In this document: in pieces, positions 14,236 to 25,800 of the stretch
Position numbering within the stretch: position 1 is the stretch's first letter
Layout: each line of letters begins with the position of its first letter
Source: Octopus sinensis
Taxonomy: Eukaryota
DNA: 64,000 nt
Direction of reading: 5' to 3'
Assembly: GCF_006345805.1 (NCBI RefSeq)
Contig: NC_043002.1
Span: 46,624,001 to 46,688,000 of the forward strand
Made by a program: the position numbers and the translations under genes
The notes under the pieces: generated by a model
What the model was told of the DNA's origin: nothing
The model's database searches: none
The model's input: the letters and a program-made list of their open reading frames with translations, nothing else

Positions 14236-14365
14236 TAGAATAAGTACTGGGCTTACAAAGAATAAGTCCCGGGGTCGATTTGATCGACTAAAGGCGGTGC
14301 TCCAGCATGGCCGCAGTCAAATGACTGAAACAAGTAAAAGAGTAAAAGAGTAAAAGAGTAAAGAG
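14236..14365 (+). mobile_element. CORE-type SINE 3' portion with (GTAAAAGA)n tail
   Basis: 'aaggcggtgctccagcatggccgcagtcaaatgactgaaacaagtaaaagagtaaaagag'. Confidence 0.85.
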
Positions 14366-14639
14366 AGATATGATCCAGCGGCAAAGGGAGGATCTCAAAG
14401 GCGTATTTCATATCAGTTGTTAAAAAACGAGAATGACACGGTGCCATATTCTCACAATATTATGCTTCAAACTGAAATTAATAAACTTTTATCTTTATTT
14501 TGCTTGCCCCGTTGTCGCGAATTTCGGTTTGTAACTGCTGCCCTTCAAGTCACAAATCCAACCCTAGGAAACTGCTTGAAGATCTTGCGGAGTTAAGAAA
14601 CTATACACTACAAAAAAAATCTATGGAAAGTTTCAACAA

Positions 14640-16660
14640 AGCAAAGATCCAAGTTTGAAGAACGTTCCAGAAATGTCGTCTTGGAAAAGAATTGACTTTA
14701 TTAGAAAGAGTAGTCCGAACTGAAGCAATGAAAACAGCAACGTTTGGAAGTGCATGACTGACGTTCTTTTTGTGGGGGTTGTGAATTAATGTTTAGTGGA
14801 TCAACACATTGAATTGGAGATCCAAAATAAGGCGGACTTCTTAGGTCTGATACAATTCATGTCAAGATGGGATCCTAATCGCCAAGAACATGTACTACAA
14901 GAAGATGAATTTCAGGAAAAAGCTTGAATGCATTCAAGTTAACTCCCTGTTTTCCGAATCGTAGAAGGAGTTTTTCTCAGAATGTAAAGTAACAAATTTT
15001 GTTCGATAGGAAGTCTTCAAATACTTCGCAGTTACTGTGTATATGATGCTCCGGAATTCTTTCACGTCTAGAAAATATTTGTGTTGATGTATAATTTAAA
15101 GAACTGTAGGTAAGCGGTACAAGAGAAGTTTCTTAACTTCGTTGATAAAAGCAATAAATACAACGAAGAGAGTGCTCAGTTAGTTATGGATACCTTGGAA
15201 GAGCAAGCTATTCTTCTAAGTTACGGAAGGGTGCATGCATATAATAAAGATGCCAATTTGACGGGAAGCACAATGACGCCGAAGCGAGCTGTTTTCAGTG
15301 GCAAATTTTACCCCGTGTGGTTGTCATACTTTCAATTTGTGTGAAAATGACACAAGTTCATGTTTACCGGAGCTCGTAACGATATATAACGTGTTTAGTT
15401 TTAGCTCTAAATGTTGGGAATTACTTATAAAATCACTTAGGTTCTTACGCAGCATGTCAAAGGAAAGGTGGTCAGACAGACTTAAAAAATTTAAAAGGAA
15501 AGGTGGTCAGACAGACTATTGCATTTCACCTTACCGGAATTGGTTAGTAATGCAAGATGTTTTAGCATGGATGTTTGGCATAAAGCGTTGAATGCAAAAG
15601 ATATTTACAATAAGGTCATTCAAGCCAAAGATGTTACATTGGAAGTATGTCATTTTGGAAAAGCATCTAGAACTAAACCAAGTAAGCGGCGTTGTAACGG
15701 CTGAAGTGACATGCTATACCAGGTCGATATGATGTAGCCCACTACCAAATGTAGTGTGTAGATGTAACGTTTGAAATTTCTCACGTCGGAGTAACCAGTG
15801 AAATTCAACACCAAGAAGGAAGAAATATTATTTATATATATTTATTCGTTTGCCCGATAGATAGTTAGAGAGACAGTAGTAATTGTAGTTATAGTGACAA
15901 AAAGGTTGGCTCGCTGGTTAGTAGTTGTTAGTGTAGAAGTTGCTGTCTGTCAGCAGAGAGTGAAAGAGTAAGTGATGACTAGAAAGGAAGAATGGATAAC
16001 GGTGGCATCGTCTTGCTTGCAGCCGAAAGCTTCTCTTCGTACGTCAATCGAAGGGCGAAAGGAAGTGTTGCTCTTGGTCATGACTGACGCAAAAGAGTGT
16101 GTTGTTCCTTGGTCTGGCTGACACAAAAGAGGAAGAGATAAGAAATGCTCTCTGTTACATAGACTATGGTCAGTAATGTAGGTCAAACCCTAAACAAAGG
16201 ACTGACCTTTCTTTGACCAGCACAGGTCCTTGGGGGTCAAGTGTTTCCCCATCAATCTTCTGGTGTGGAGAGGATTTCCAGCTTTTTTTGACAAGCAACA
16301 AGCGGGTAGATTTGGTTAAGATTTTAGAGTAGAAATATAGCATTTACTTTCATAACATGAAGCAACTCTTAGAAAAGCAGAACTGAAGCTTTTAGAATTG
16401 TAAATTCATTATCTGGCTTCATTTATTAACTGTGAGATATTTTCAAATATTTGTATTGGGGAATATTGTTGACGATTCCAGCTATAGTAGCACCAGAAGA
16501 ACTCAAGCATATAAAAGAACTTTATTCTCTACCATGTTTCAAGTTCAACCTGTTGATGTCGTAAAACTAAATATTGAGTCAAACATTGTCAGAGAAATTT
16601 ATTTGGATGATGTTAGAAATTTTGCCAATTAAAAAAAGCCAGGAAAGATAATTTCATTAG
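14640..16660 (+). mobile_element. Decayed hAT (Tip100/ZMYM1-like) transposase, interrupted by a solo LTR
   Basis: DFLGLIQFMSRWDP, FTPCGCHTFNL (C(2)H motif), RWSDR (RW motif), and C-terminal STM...LNIESNIVREIYLDDVRNFAN*KKARK (hAT dimerization-domain tail). Confidence 0.75.
15763..16159 (-). mobile_element. Solo LTR (397 bp), probably Ty3/Gypsy
   Basis: TGTAAC...GTTACA termini, 4-bp TSD TAGA (15759-15762 and 16160-16163), and AATAAA on the minus strand near 15845. Confidence 0.75.
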
Positions 16661-17569
16661 GTGCTTAACTTTATCTTTGGTTTGTGTAAAGGTATATTAT
16701 CTGTTAACCAGTAGCCATTTTCAGATAACCCGAGATTAGCGAATATCATCAATTATGCTTTCATAATCATAATCGTTCAGATTTTATCATAATTTTCTAC
16801 AAAGGAAGGAAATTAACAATACAACTTTAAAATTTCATGTTTATATCATTATCTTTACTGAAAAGCCTAAACTGAGGATTTAAGGTCCATTTGAACTTTC
16901 AGTTTAAATTTTCACTTTTGAAAAGAAGCACCCAACTGAACCCGAAAGCTGTGTTTCTACCATGCAAGATTTCTCGTGGAGGTGCTGAGCGGAGTAGACT
17001 AAATATCCTTGCCACTGGATATGGTTATGTTTTTGATGTCTCTCTTCACGTAAGATGTGCTTGTTTGTGAAGTGTCTAGACTGGACGTGAATGACGGTTA
17101 TGCTCAGAAGATTAAAGTGGCAGTAGTTAACGTTTTGTTAGAAGTAGATAAAAAATCATATAATTAATTTATATAAGAAAGAGCAGGAAAGGCTTAGCCG
17201 AATCCTAGGTTATACAAAAGTTCATTGAATTTAGATCTGCCCCGTAGTAAGAAAATTACAATCCCAAAGATGACAGATGGATAGGATCCATAACCGAGCA
17301 ACTTAGTATTTGATCAAAATAACCATCTGTGTATCATACTTAATGCAGAATACTTAATATATCACAAAAAAGCATGCAGACGAACATCGCAGATAATTTG
17401 CTTTACGCGATGTATTTACATTAAGTATGATACACAGATGGCTATTTTAATCTAATAGTGAATCCGTTGCATTTAACGGACTCTTTTATTCAGCCGAGCG
17501 GCTAATTACAGCGCCAGTGTTACCTATCAGTAACGAACCTATAATGACTACTGGAAACAGCTGTAAGTC

Positions 17570-17663
17570 AAATATATATATATATATATAAAATATGACA
17601 TGATATGATATGATATGATATATATATGTATATATACATACGTATACGTACATACATCTATAC

Positions 17664-17750
<87 letters not shown>

Positions 17751-18120
17751 TATGTGGGCACAGGACGTCACGAAACGTGTACAACTAAAAACTGCGAAAC
17801 ACGGGTACATGGAACATGAACTGTTCTTTCGAACAACGAAAGACACAAATGGGAAACAAAACAAACAACATAAAGAACGACCCTTCATCAGTTGTTGGCT
17901 GTTTTTCTAGACTCGTATTTCTTCGAGTATTTAACAATAATATACGCTTTCGATAAAACAGTTGCTTCCGCAAAGCAAATTAAATAAAATTTGGGATTTT
18001 GCGGAGGTTCAAAATAGGTAGCACAAACAGGACAGTGAAAACAAACAGGAAGGGCTGCTAAGCCTAAACGAGGTTGTGGTGGCGAACGCGTAAATCAAGC
18101 TACGGCAGGAGACAAACACA
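17570..18120. repeat. (TA)n tract followed by an unclassified ~370-bp repeat-like element
   Basis: (TA)n at 17665-17745. The adjacent sequence has a purine-rich composition like the retrozyme-like units and carries CTGATGAAG on the minus strand, but no complete hammerhead. Confidence 0.4.
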
Positions 18121-18874
18121 TTAGATTTTAATTCATACTATTAGCCCATTTGATTTATTTCTATTAGCTCACTGTTTGAGTTTACGCAAATTATTACTGG
18201 CTCAAACTGTTCGCAACTCATTTTCTACTTGTAAAACATCTCTGTTTACAAACGTGGCATGGTTGAAAAGTTTATATTTGCGCGATGACGCCTAATAAAC
18301 ATATCTATAGCTGTCTCCTTGTCTGCTAAGAGAAGTCAAATTTTCCTATTAATCATAAAGATTAAATATTCTCAGAAATCAATTCTAAATTTCTCAAAAT
18401 TATCTCCCCTTCTCGTTGACACTCGCTAATAGTTGCTACTATGCTTTTCTTTTATTTCTCCAAATAAGCGTTGGATTTTAATACATTGAGAATTTTTTCT
18501 TTGTGTATATCACTCAGTACCTCACTACCGACATGAATTAGCCAGATTCATGCCATTAACTTACTTGAGTTATTTTCTTTCGCTTTCATTTTGCAATATC
18601 ATATTAGGTCATAGGTCTGTCATGAGCCTACAGACTTATTCAGAACCGGATCTTATTCTGGTTTCCATTGCGTGTAAACGAGCGAGAATGTAATACTCTC
18701 CCATAAATGAGACGCCTGTACATTTTCAGTTGAGTGGACTGGAGTCATTTGAAGTGAAATGTTTTACTCAAAAACACCACGCCTTCGTATTATTCGATTA
18801 GTAGAATCGCAGAACTGGATAAAACGAACAAAAGGCTTGCTGCCTTCTTTAATTGATGTTAGAAGTTAACATTG

Positions 18875-19093
18875 TTTTCAAGTTTTGGCACAAGGCTAGT
18901 AATTTCGAGAGAAGTCGATAAGACTCGACCCTAGTGCTCAACTGGTACTTACTTTATCGACTTTGCCTTACATTCTAAAAGGATGAAAGCAAAGTCGACC
19001 TCAACGGAATTTGAACTCAGAGCATAAAGAAGAACGCAATGTCGTTAAGCAATTCTGCCGACGTGCTTACGATACAGTCAGCTCGTCGCCCTA
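18875..19093 (-). mobile_element. Nin/Deu-like SINE (tail T2)
   Basis: 'aaaggatgaaagcaaagtcgacctcaacggaatttgaactcag'. Confidence 0.8.
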
Positions 19094-19127
19094 AGTTAGA
19101 AATTAATATTAATATATTAAAGAAAAT

Positions 19128-19330
19128 GGCGAACGGGCAGAATCGTTATACGCCGGACAAAATGCTTGGCTGCATTTCTTCCGGCTCTTTACATTCTGAG
19201 TTTAAAACTCCACCGAGGTCGACTTCGCTTTTCTTCTTCACCGGGTCTATAAAATAAGTACCAGTTGAATACTAGGGTCAAAGTTATCTACTAGCCCCAC
19301 AAAACTTCAGGCCTTCTACCTACAGTAGAA
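19128..19330 (+). mobile_element. Nin/Deu-like SINE (tail T2), head-to-head with the previous copy
   Basis: 'gggcagaatcgtta...ctgagtttaaaactccaccgaggtcgacttcgc...aaaataagtaccagttg'. Confidence 0.8.
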
Positions 19331-20044
19331 AGAAAAAAAAAATGTATAAAATCAAGGACCCCATGAGAATGGGAATTCAAATTGTATTACTGCGGGATCT
19401 GGAGAGCCCATCATTGGTTCTCTGGGCCCCGGACCGATATGCCATTTGAAAATGAAATATCTGACGGCGTTCCGCCCTCCCACAAAATAAATAAACAATG
19501 AAGAATTAAATAAATAATGCTCGATCTCCTCATAGCCCTTGGAATTTTGAGAGAAATCCCCACCACAGCATCGGAACCTCGGAAAAAGTCTTGTCTCCGC
19601 TCCCTTACAAAGTTCCCATGGGTGGACCTGACTAAGTGTATGCTTTTAACTTAGTCCTTTTGTATTTGTAGTTACGGATAATACTTCAAATAGAGGCAGC
19701 AAATAACTTGTAAGCGCTTGTTTATAACCTTCGAGTATGGCATGTGTAATATGTCATTGTACGGCTTAGTTTTAATCTTTATAAATTAATATCTACGATA
19801 TCTTTTCTTGAGTCTCCTCTGTTTTAATACGATATATTTTATGCTTTAAAGGTTGTTGTGTCGTTTTATTTGTTTAAATAGGCTTTGTATACAATCCAAA
19901 GTCAACAAAGATGAAATATCTGACAATGTGTAACTAATATACGAGACAATAATGATCAGTAATGAAAATGATAAGTATGGAAGGCTCATTGCAGCTAAAC
20001 CCGTCACTTCCCAATCTCAATCTCACGAATCCAGTGATATTTCA

Positions 20045-20275
20045 TTCTACTCTTGGTATTAGGACTGAATTGGTTTTTTGGGGTGGGTGGGTGGGTGGGG
20101 GAGGACTATAGTCGATTACATTGACCCCCATCACTCAACTGGTCTTATTACCGATCCCGAAAGGATAAAAGGCAAAGTCAGCCTCGGTGACATTTGAACT
20201 TGGAACTTAAAGTCGGAAGAAATGCGGCTAAGTATTATGTTTGGCGTGCTAACGTTCCTGTCAGCTCGGCCCCTT
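20045..20275 (-). mobile_element. Nin/Deu-like SINE
   Basis: 'gaaaggataaaaggcaaagtcagcctcggtgacatttgaact'. Confidence 0.75.
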
Positions 20276-20397
20276 CGACGAGCCCAGAGATAATGATGCT
20301 TTTATATGACCATCTAATATGCCAGAAGTAGCAGCTAAACATCCCTCCAATCACGCGTTACCGTCTTAAAATATGAATGTGGCATGAATCCAGGATA

Positions 20398-20655
20398 AGT
20401 TAGTTAGTTAGTTAGTTAGTTAATTTGGCTCAAAAGCAAATAGCAAGGTCATGTAGGGGGACATGGAGTTAAGTACAGGGTGGTGTTCATGTAAAGAGTT
20501 CAGGCCACTTGAGGTCAAGGGAGGCTTTGAACAAAGCGGTCGTCGGCATCTTCACCATCTCGTCTGGCAGCTTGTTCCACGGATCCGCAACCCGGACGGA
20601 GAAAGCTCCTCTCCTTCGATTGAGATGAAATCGTCGCAGGTAGAGCTTTGTAGTC
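20398..20655 (-). mobile_element. CR1-clade LINE 3' end
   Basis: Minus strand KLYLRRFHLNRRRGAFSVRVADPWNKLPDEMVKMPTTALFKASLDLKWPELFT* (CR1 ORF2 C-terminus F..RV...WN.LP), a short 3' UTR and a (TAAC)n tail. Confidence 0.88.
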
Positions 20656-20734
20656 CTTTTAAGCATTATACTTGATACAAGTACGAGAGGATCACGGTTT
20701 AGACGTCTTGACCAGATATGACCTGGAGCTACAA

Positions 20735-20799
20735 CTCCTCCTCCTCCTCCTCCTCCACCACCACCACCACCACCACCACCACCGCCGCCGCCGCCGCCG

Positions 20800-20839
<40 letters not shown>

Positions 20840-20849
20840 ACTACTACTA

Positions 20850-20895
<46 letters not shown>
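20735..20895. repeat. In-phase compound trinucleotide microsatellite (TCC)(ACC)(GCC)(ACT)(GCT)
   Basis: Visible. Confidence 0.95.
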
Positions 20896-20896
<1 letters not shown>

Positions 20897-21134
20897 ACAT
20901 TAAAAAATTACACGCAATGAACAAAAAATTGTATATGATTTATTCTATGGTTGTATTAAATATTTTAAATGTTATTTCTTTTATGTTTAAAGTTGTTGGT
21001 GTATAGCCCCAGGTCAGCTTTGATCGAGCAGACAAACATGTTAACTCATCCAAAGAATTGGTCATTGAAAGGTCAGCGATTTCAGTAAAATTACCCACTA
21101 CCCTTTTCAAAGACTATTGATTTTCTTTTGCTTG

Positions 21135-21289
21135 TTTCAGTCAGAGAAGCGCGGGCCATGCTGGAGCACCGCCTTGAAGGGTTTCATTAAACAAGTCGAC
21201 CATAGTATGGTTCTTAGTCTCTTCTGCTGAACTGCAAAATTACGGAGACGTAAACAAACCAAAACCAGTTGTGAAATGGTGGTGGGGGA

Positions 21290-21320
<31 letters not shown>

Positions 21321-21490
21321 GTATACGATGGGCTTCCACACAATTTCCGTCTCCCAAATTCACTCAGGAGGCATTGGTCGACCCGGGGCTATAGTAGAAG
21401 ACACACGTCCTATGTAGATACAGCGCTGTGTGACTGAACCCGAAAGAGCATGGTTACAAAGTGAGCTTCTTAACTACACTGCAATACTTG
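21135..21490 (-). mobile_element. CORE-type SINE with internal (CA)n, diverged
   Basis: 'ggccatgctggagcaccgcc...ctaagttacggagacgtaaac...ggggctatagtagaagacac'. Confidence 0.75.
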
Positions 21491-21734
21491 CGCTGAAGTT
21501 GACCTCGGCGTGATTTGAAATCAGAATGTGAAGAGTTCCATGAAATAAATGCCTCTAAGCATTTTGTACAACTTGCAAACGGTTCTGTCGCTTCATCCAT
21601 TTTTGCAGAGTTAATAAAATTTTCGATACATCCTTTATACAGTTAGTGACTAATTGAAACTGAAATAGCTATACCCTTGATAAGTGGTGTTCGCCATTTA
21701 GGAACACACAAAAACTATCGCATTCACCTTTCCA

Positions 21735-22200
21735 GGCATGACTGCGTAGTTACGAAGCTCACTTTACAACCATTGATTTCGGGTGCAGTTTCACAGCGCG
21801 ACACCTAGAGCAAAGGTCTTCTATTGGGTTGTCCGGAAAATCCGTACCTTTCGACTTATTTTAGAACATGGTTGAGTCCGTATTCACCAGATATTGCTCC
21901 TTCGGTTTTCCACTTATTCAGGTCTCTGCAGAATAGTCTTAATGGTAAAAATTTCAATTCCTTGGATGACGTAAAAAGATACCTTGATGAATTCTTTGCC
22001 ATGAAACCACTTCAATTCTGGGAAGAGGGTATTTTCAAGTTAAAGGGAAGATGGAGACGCATTGTGCAACAAAATGGTTCATATTTGGTTGATTAAAAAT
22101 GTAATGGCAAGTATTTATTGACCTTTTTCTTTCCTTTAAAAATCGATACGAACTTTCCGGACAACCCAGTATATAGCCCCTAGCCGACTAATATCTAGTA
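21735..22200 (+). mobile_element. CORE-type SINE 5' part, split by the mariner derivative
   Basis: 'cacagcgcgacacctagagcaaaggtcttcta' [insert] 'tatagcccctagccgac' rebuilds the CORE-like 'gcgtggcaccttgggcaagtgtcttctactatagcctcgggccgac' seen in other copies. Confidence 0.65.
21824..22169 (+). mobile_element. Internally deleted mariner (346 bp, MITE-like) with both TIRs
   Basis: TA TSD (21822-23 and 22170-71). TIRs TTGGGTTGTCCGGAAA.T.CGTA on the left and its near-complement on the right. Retains the transposase C-terminus YSPDIAPSVFHLFRSLQNSL...RWRRIVQQNGSYLVD*. Confidence 0.9.
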
Positions 22201-22429
22201 AGTGAAAAAAAAATATATGTAACCTATACAGTATTTTTATAAACAGGGATCATTTCACTGTTTCTCCGTGGATTAAAAAATGATGAACAACCTTAAGCAA
22301 TTTTCGAATCTTTTTGGACTCTCCTCGGAAGTGATTGTACCAATTTGACCAGTCTTAGAGAAACAAAAAGTCAACCTGTTTATAAACTCGACAATTACAG
22401 TAGCTACAGAAAACTGGGCAACTAATTTG

Positions 22430-22517
<88 letters not shown>

Positions 22518-23238
22518 TGTGTGTGTGTGCCCACTTCAGCATTTGGCAATAAATGCTGGTTTATTCATGTGCCCTAACTTATCAGTTCAGCCAAACAGAC
22601 AGATAAAATTAGTACCAAACCTAAAAAAGATCTCATGGGATCGACTTGTTCGTCTAAAACCTAGTAAGATGGTGCTATAGAATGTTCTATGACTTATACA
22701 AATAAAAGAAACGACAAACGATATCGTATGCTATAAAAAAAAGCGTGATTCTCAACAAGGGACTAGAGCATGTATTTTCTTTTTAGGGATCACACGAAAA
22801 ACACTGCATATTTAGAACCCTCACAAAATTATCTGCCAGGATCACACAGTTATCTACCAGACGTACGATTGTTTTATCATAATTTTCATGAATAATTTTT
22901 GTGCTAATTTCAATATCATATTTATTAAATACTAACATACTCGTGTCGTCCGTCAGAAATGCCGACAGTTTCATTGATGATAGGAAATGACACATCAATA
23001 CAATGGGGAAAAAAAACTATTAATAGATGTCAGCAATCTTGTAAATACATGTACTTACAGAGAATTGAAGTACTTGAAGAATCAGATACAATTGGAACGT
23101 TTCAGTTGAAAATATCGCCCACATAATGCATGTGTGTGTATATGCACACACACGCACATGTACATTTGATCACATGCGCATATGCATGTGTGCGTGTGTG
23201 CGTATACACATATACACATGTATATATATGTGTGTATG

Positions 23239-23310
<72 letters not shown>

Positions 23311-23427
23311 TGTATATATGTATGTATGTATATCTATATATACATAAGCATACATACGTACATATTGAGGTCTTCTTTCAGTCTTCTTTCAGTCTTAATC
23401 TACTAAATATATATATTATTTTATTTG

Positions 23428-23618
23428 TTTCAGTCATTTGACTGCGGCCTTGCTGGAGCACTGCCCTTAGTCGAACAAATCGACCCCAGGAATTATTCTT
23501 TGTAAGCCTAGTACGTATTCTATCGGTCTCTTTTGCCGAACCGCTAACTTACCGGGACGTAAACACACGAAGCGATGGTGGGGGGACAAACACAGACACA
23601 CAAACATATACATATATA

Positions 23619-23697
<79 letters not shown>

Positions 23698-23831
23698 GAC
23701 GGGATTCTTTCAGTTTCCGTCTAACAAATTCACTCACAAGGCTTTGGTCGGCCTGAGGCTATAGTAGAAAACACTCGCCCAAGGTGCCACGCAGTGGGAC
23801 TGAATCCGGAACCATGTGGTTGGTAAGCTAG

Positions 23832-23835
<4 letters not shown>
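23428..23835 (-). mobile_element. CORE-type SINE with internal (TA)n ~100 bp
   Basis: Minus strand: tRNA-like head, GCGTGGCACCTTGGGCGAGTG (CORE-like), internal microsatellite, and tail ...GGCCGCAGTCAAATGACTGAAAC. Confidence 0.88.
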
Positions 23836-23896
<61 letters not shown>

Positions 23897-24068
23897 TCTT
23901 CTACTATATCGTAGGGCTGGCCAAGACCTTGTGAGTAGATTTGGTAGATGAAAACTGAAAGAAGACCTCCATATGTATGTACGTATGCTTATGTATATAC
24001 ATATATATATATACACGCATACACACACACATATACACACACACACAAACACACACAACACACACACA

Positions 24069-24123
<55 letters not shown>

Positions 24124-24446
24124 CATATATGTGTGTGTGTGTGTGTTTGTAAATACAAAAGAAGAGTATATAATTGTGAATAAATCACAATTATAACGGA
24201 GAGGGTCATAAAAACACTTACATGTCTAGAAATAGCAATCAGAACCTCTATAAAGCCACTATAACGACTCATTATATTTCCTGGATAATAAAAGCTGGCG
24301 GTGAGCGACATGACATATAAATTCAAGACTTAAATAAAAATAGGAAGTTAGTCCTCTATTGCAAACCAAAACAGAAGCATACTTAAACCAGAATCCGAGA
24401 AAGACTACTTTTCTTGTTAATATTATTAGTAGTATTTAGTAGTATT

Positions 24447-24662
24447 AAAGCGGCGAGCTTGGCAGAATCGTTAGCATACTGGGTAACATGCTTAGCGGCA
24501 TTTCATGCATCTATATATATGTTCAGAGTTCAAATTGCGCCAAGGTCCACATTATCTTTCATCCTTTCAGAGTCGATAAAACAAGTACCAGCTAAGTACC
24601 GGGAGTCAATGTAATCGACTTCCAGCTTACTTGAAATTGTGCCAAAATTTGAAACCAATATT
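24447..24662 (+). mobile_element. Nin/Deu-like SINE (tail T2)
   Basis: 'aaagcggcgagcttggcagaatcgttagc...cagagttcaaattgc...tttcatcctttcagagtcgataaaacaagtaccag'. Confidence 0.85.
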
Positions 24663-24959
24663 TTTTGGTAGCATTTTGCTTGCGGGATATGTACCCATGT
24701 ATAACTTTCTATTGGTTTGAAGAGTATTTCTCTTCACATTTTCTGTTTAAGTAGGTCAGCCCAGTCAACTTTGGTTTACATAGGAAAGCTGTATGCTCAG
24801 ACTACTTGTTCACATGTTTTTCAACTCATCTCATTGTGCTACTACCTTCCCTATCGAGCATACACACGCCGTATCCATTTCATTCTTTATATTTCAGTAT
24901 GTGTAGTCTAAGTGATACGATGTGACATTTACATGCCGTCTGGACATATCTTATGCTTC

Positions 24960-25800
24960 TGCTTTCGTCCTTCGTTTAACGTCTTCAATTCCCTCCAAAT
25001 GACCATCCGACCCGGCCCAAAGTCGAATATCGAGAGATACATCCCCTACCGGTAGGGTGTCACATCCATCGCCAATCATCTCCAGTTGAGCTCTACCGAG
25101 ATGTTTCCCTGTTCATGCACACCCGGAGCAGGGTCAATGGATTGATACCTATCACAATTCCCGAACATCTTTTGGATGCTTTACCTGGTGACGTCGGCGT
25201 CAACACTCCTGGCAAGACACAGGGTTCTATTCACACTCATGCGATACATGGCATGCATTCTTCTTAGCTCCGAGTCACTTAACCGTCACACTGCTTCGAA
25301 TCTTCTGGCTACCTTGTTCCTTTCTGAAGGCACAAAAACCACGTTCAGCTTCAAACTAAATTCTGCAGCTAGTTGTCCTAGAATCAATAAGCGGCACTTT
25401 ACTAACATCTCTGCCACCCCTTTGGTTCGAACGCTCTTTTTGCCAGTGATCACTGATCCTACTCAGTCAAGCACGGTGGCCGAATCGGTTCGGATTTCGA
25501 TGGAGCGTAGCCCCTACTTAAGGGCCAAATTCACTCCCTTCTGTGCTGCGTCCAACTCAGTCACGTTGATGTGGTTGTAATCGCCAGCTTTTCGAATCGG
25601 CCTCCACTTTCCACTACAATCCCTATCGCTCTGCTGCTAGCATCGCACCATACGTTCTCATTCTCCAATTTGGGCATGTACCAGTTCCCTCTTACTGGGT
25701 CTTCTGCTCTTGTCCTCTCTAGGATCTCCCGCATCATCGCCACCTCCCTCTTTGTCTCTCTAGTTTGCTTCTTCTGCTCGTCTCCTAGTGTAGCTGTATT
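24960..25800 (-). mobile_element. Ty3/Gypsy-type LTR retrotransposon pol fragment (RNase H + integrase N-terminal part)
   Basis: VWCDASSRAIG (RNase H Asp1), HINVTELDAAQKGVNLALK, IRTDSATV, an integrase Zn-finger-like segment (H...C..), and LAMDVT...FDFGPGR (integrase core start). RNase H precedes integrase, the Gypsy order. Confidence 0.75.

Noticed and set aside
17860-17900. CTGATGAAG on the minus strand as another hammerhead
   Set aside because: I could not find a properly spaced stem II + GAAA + NUH with a matching stem I.
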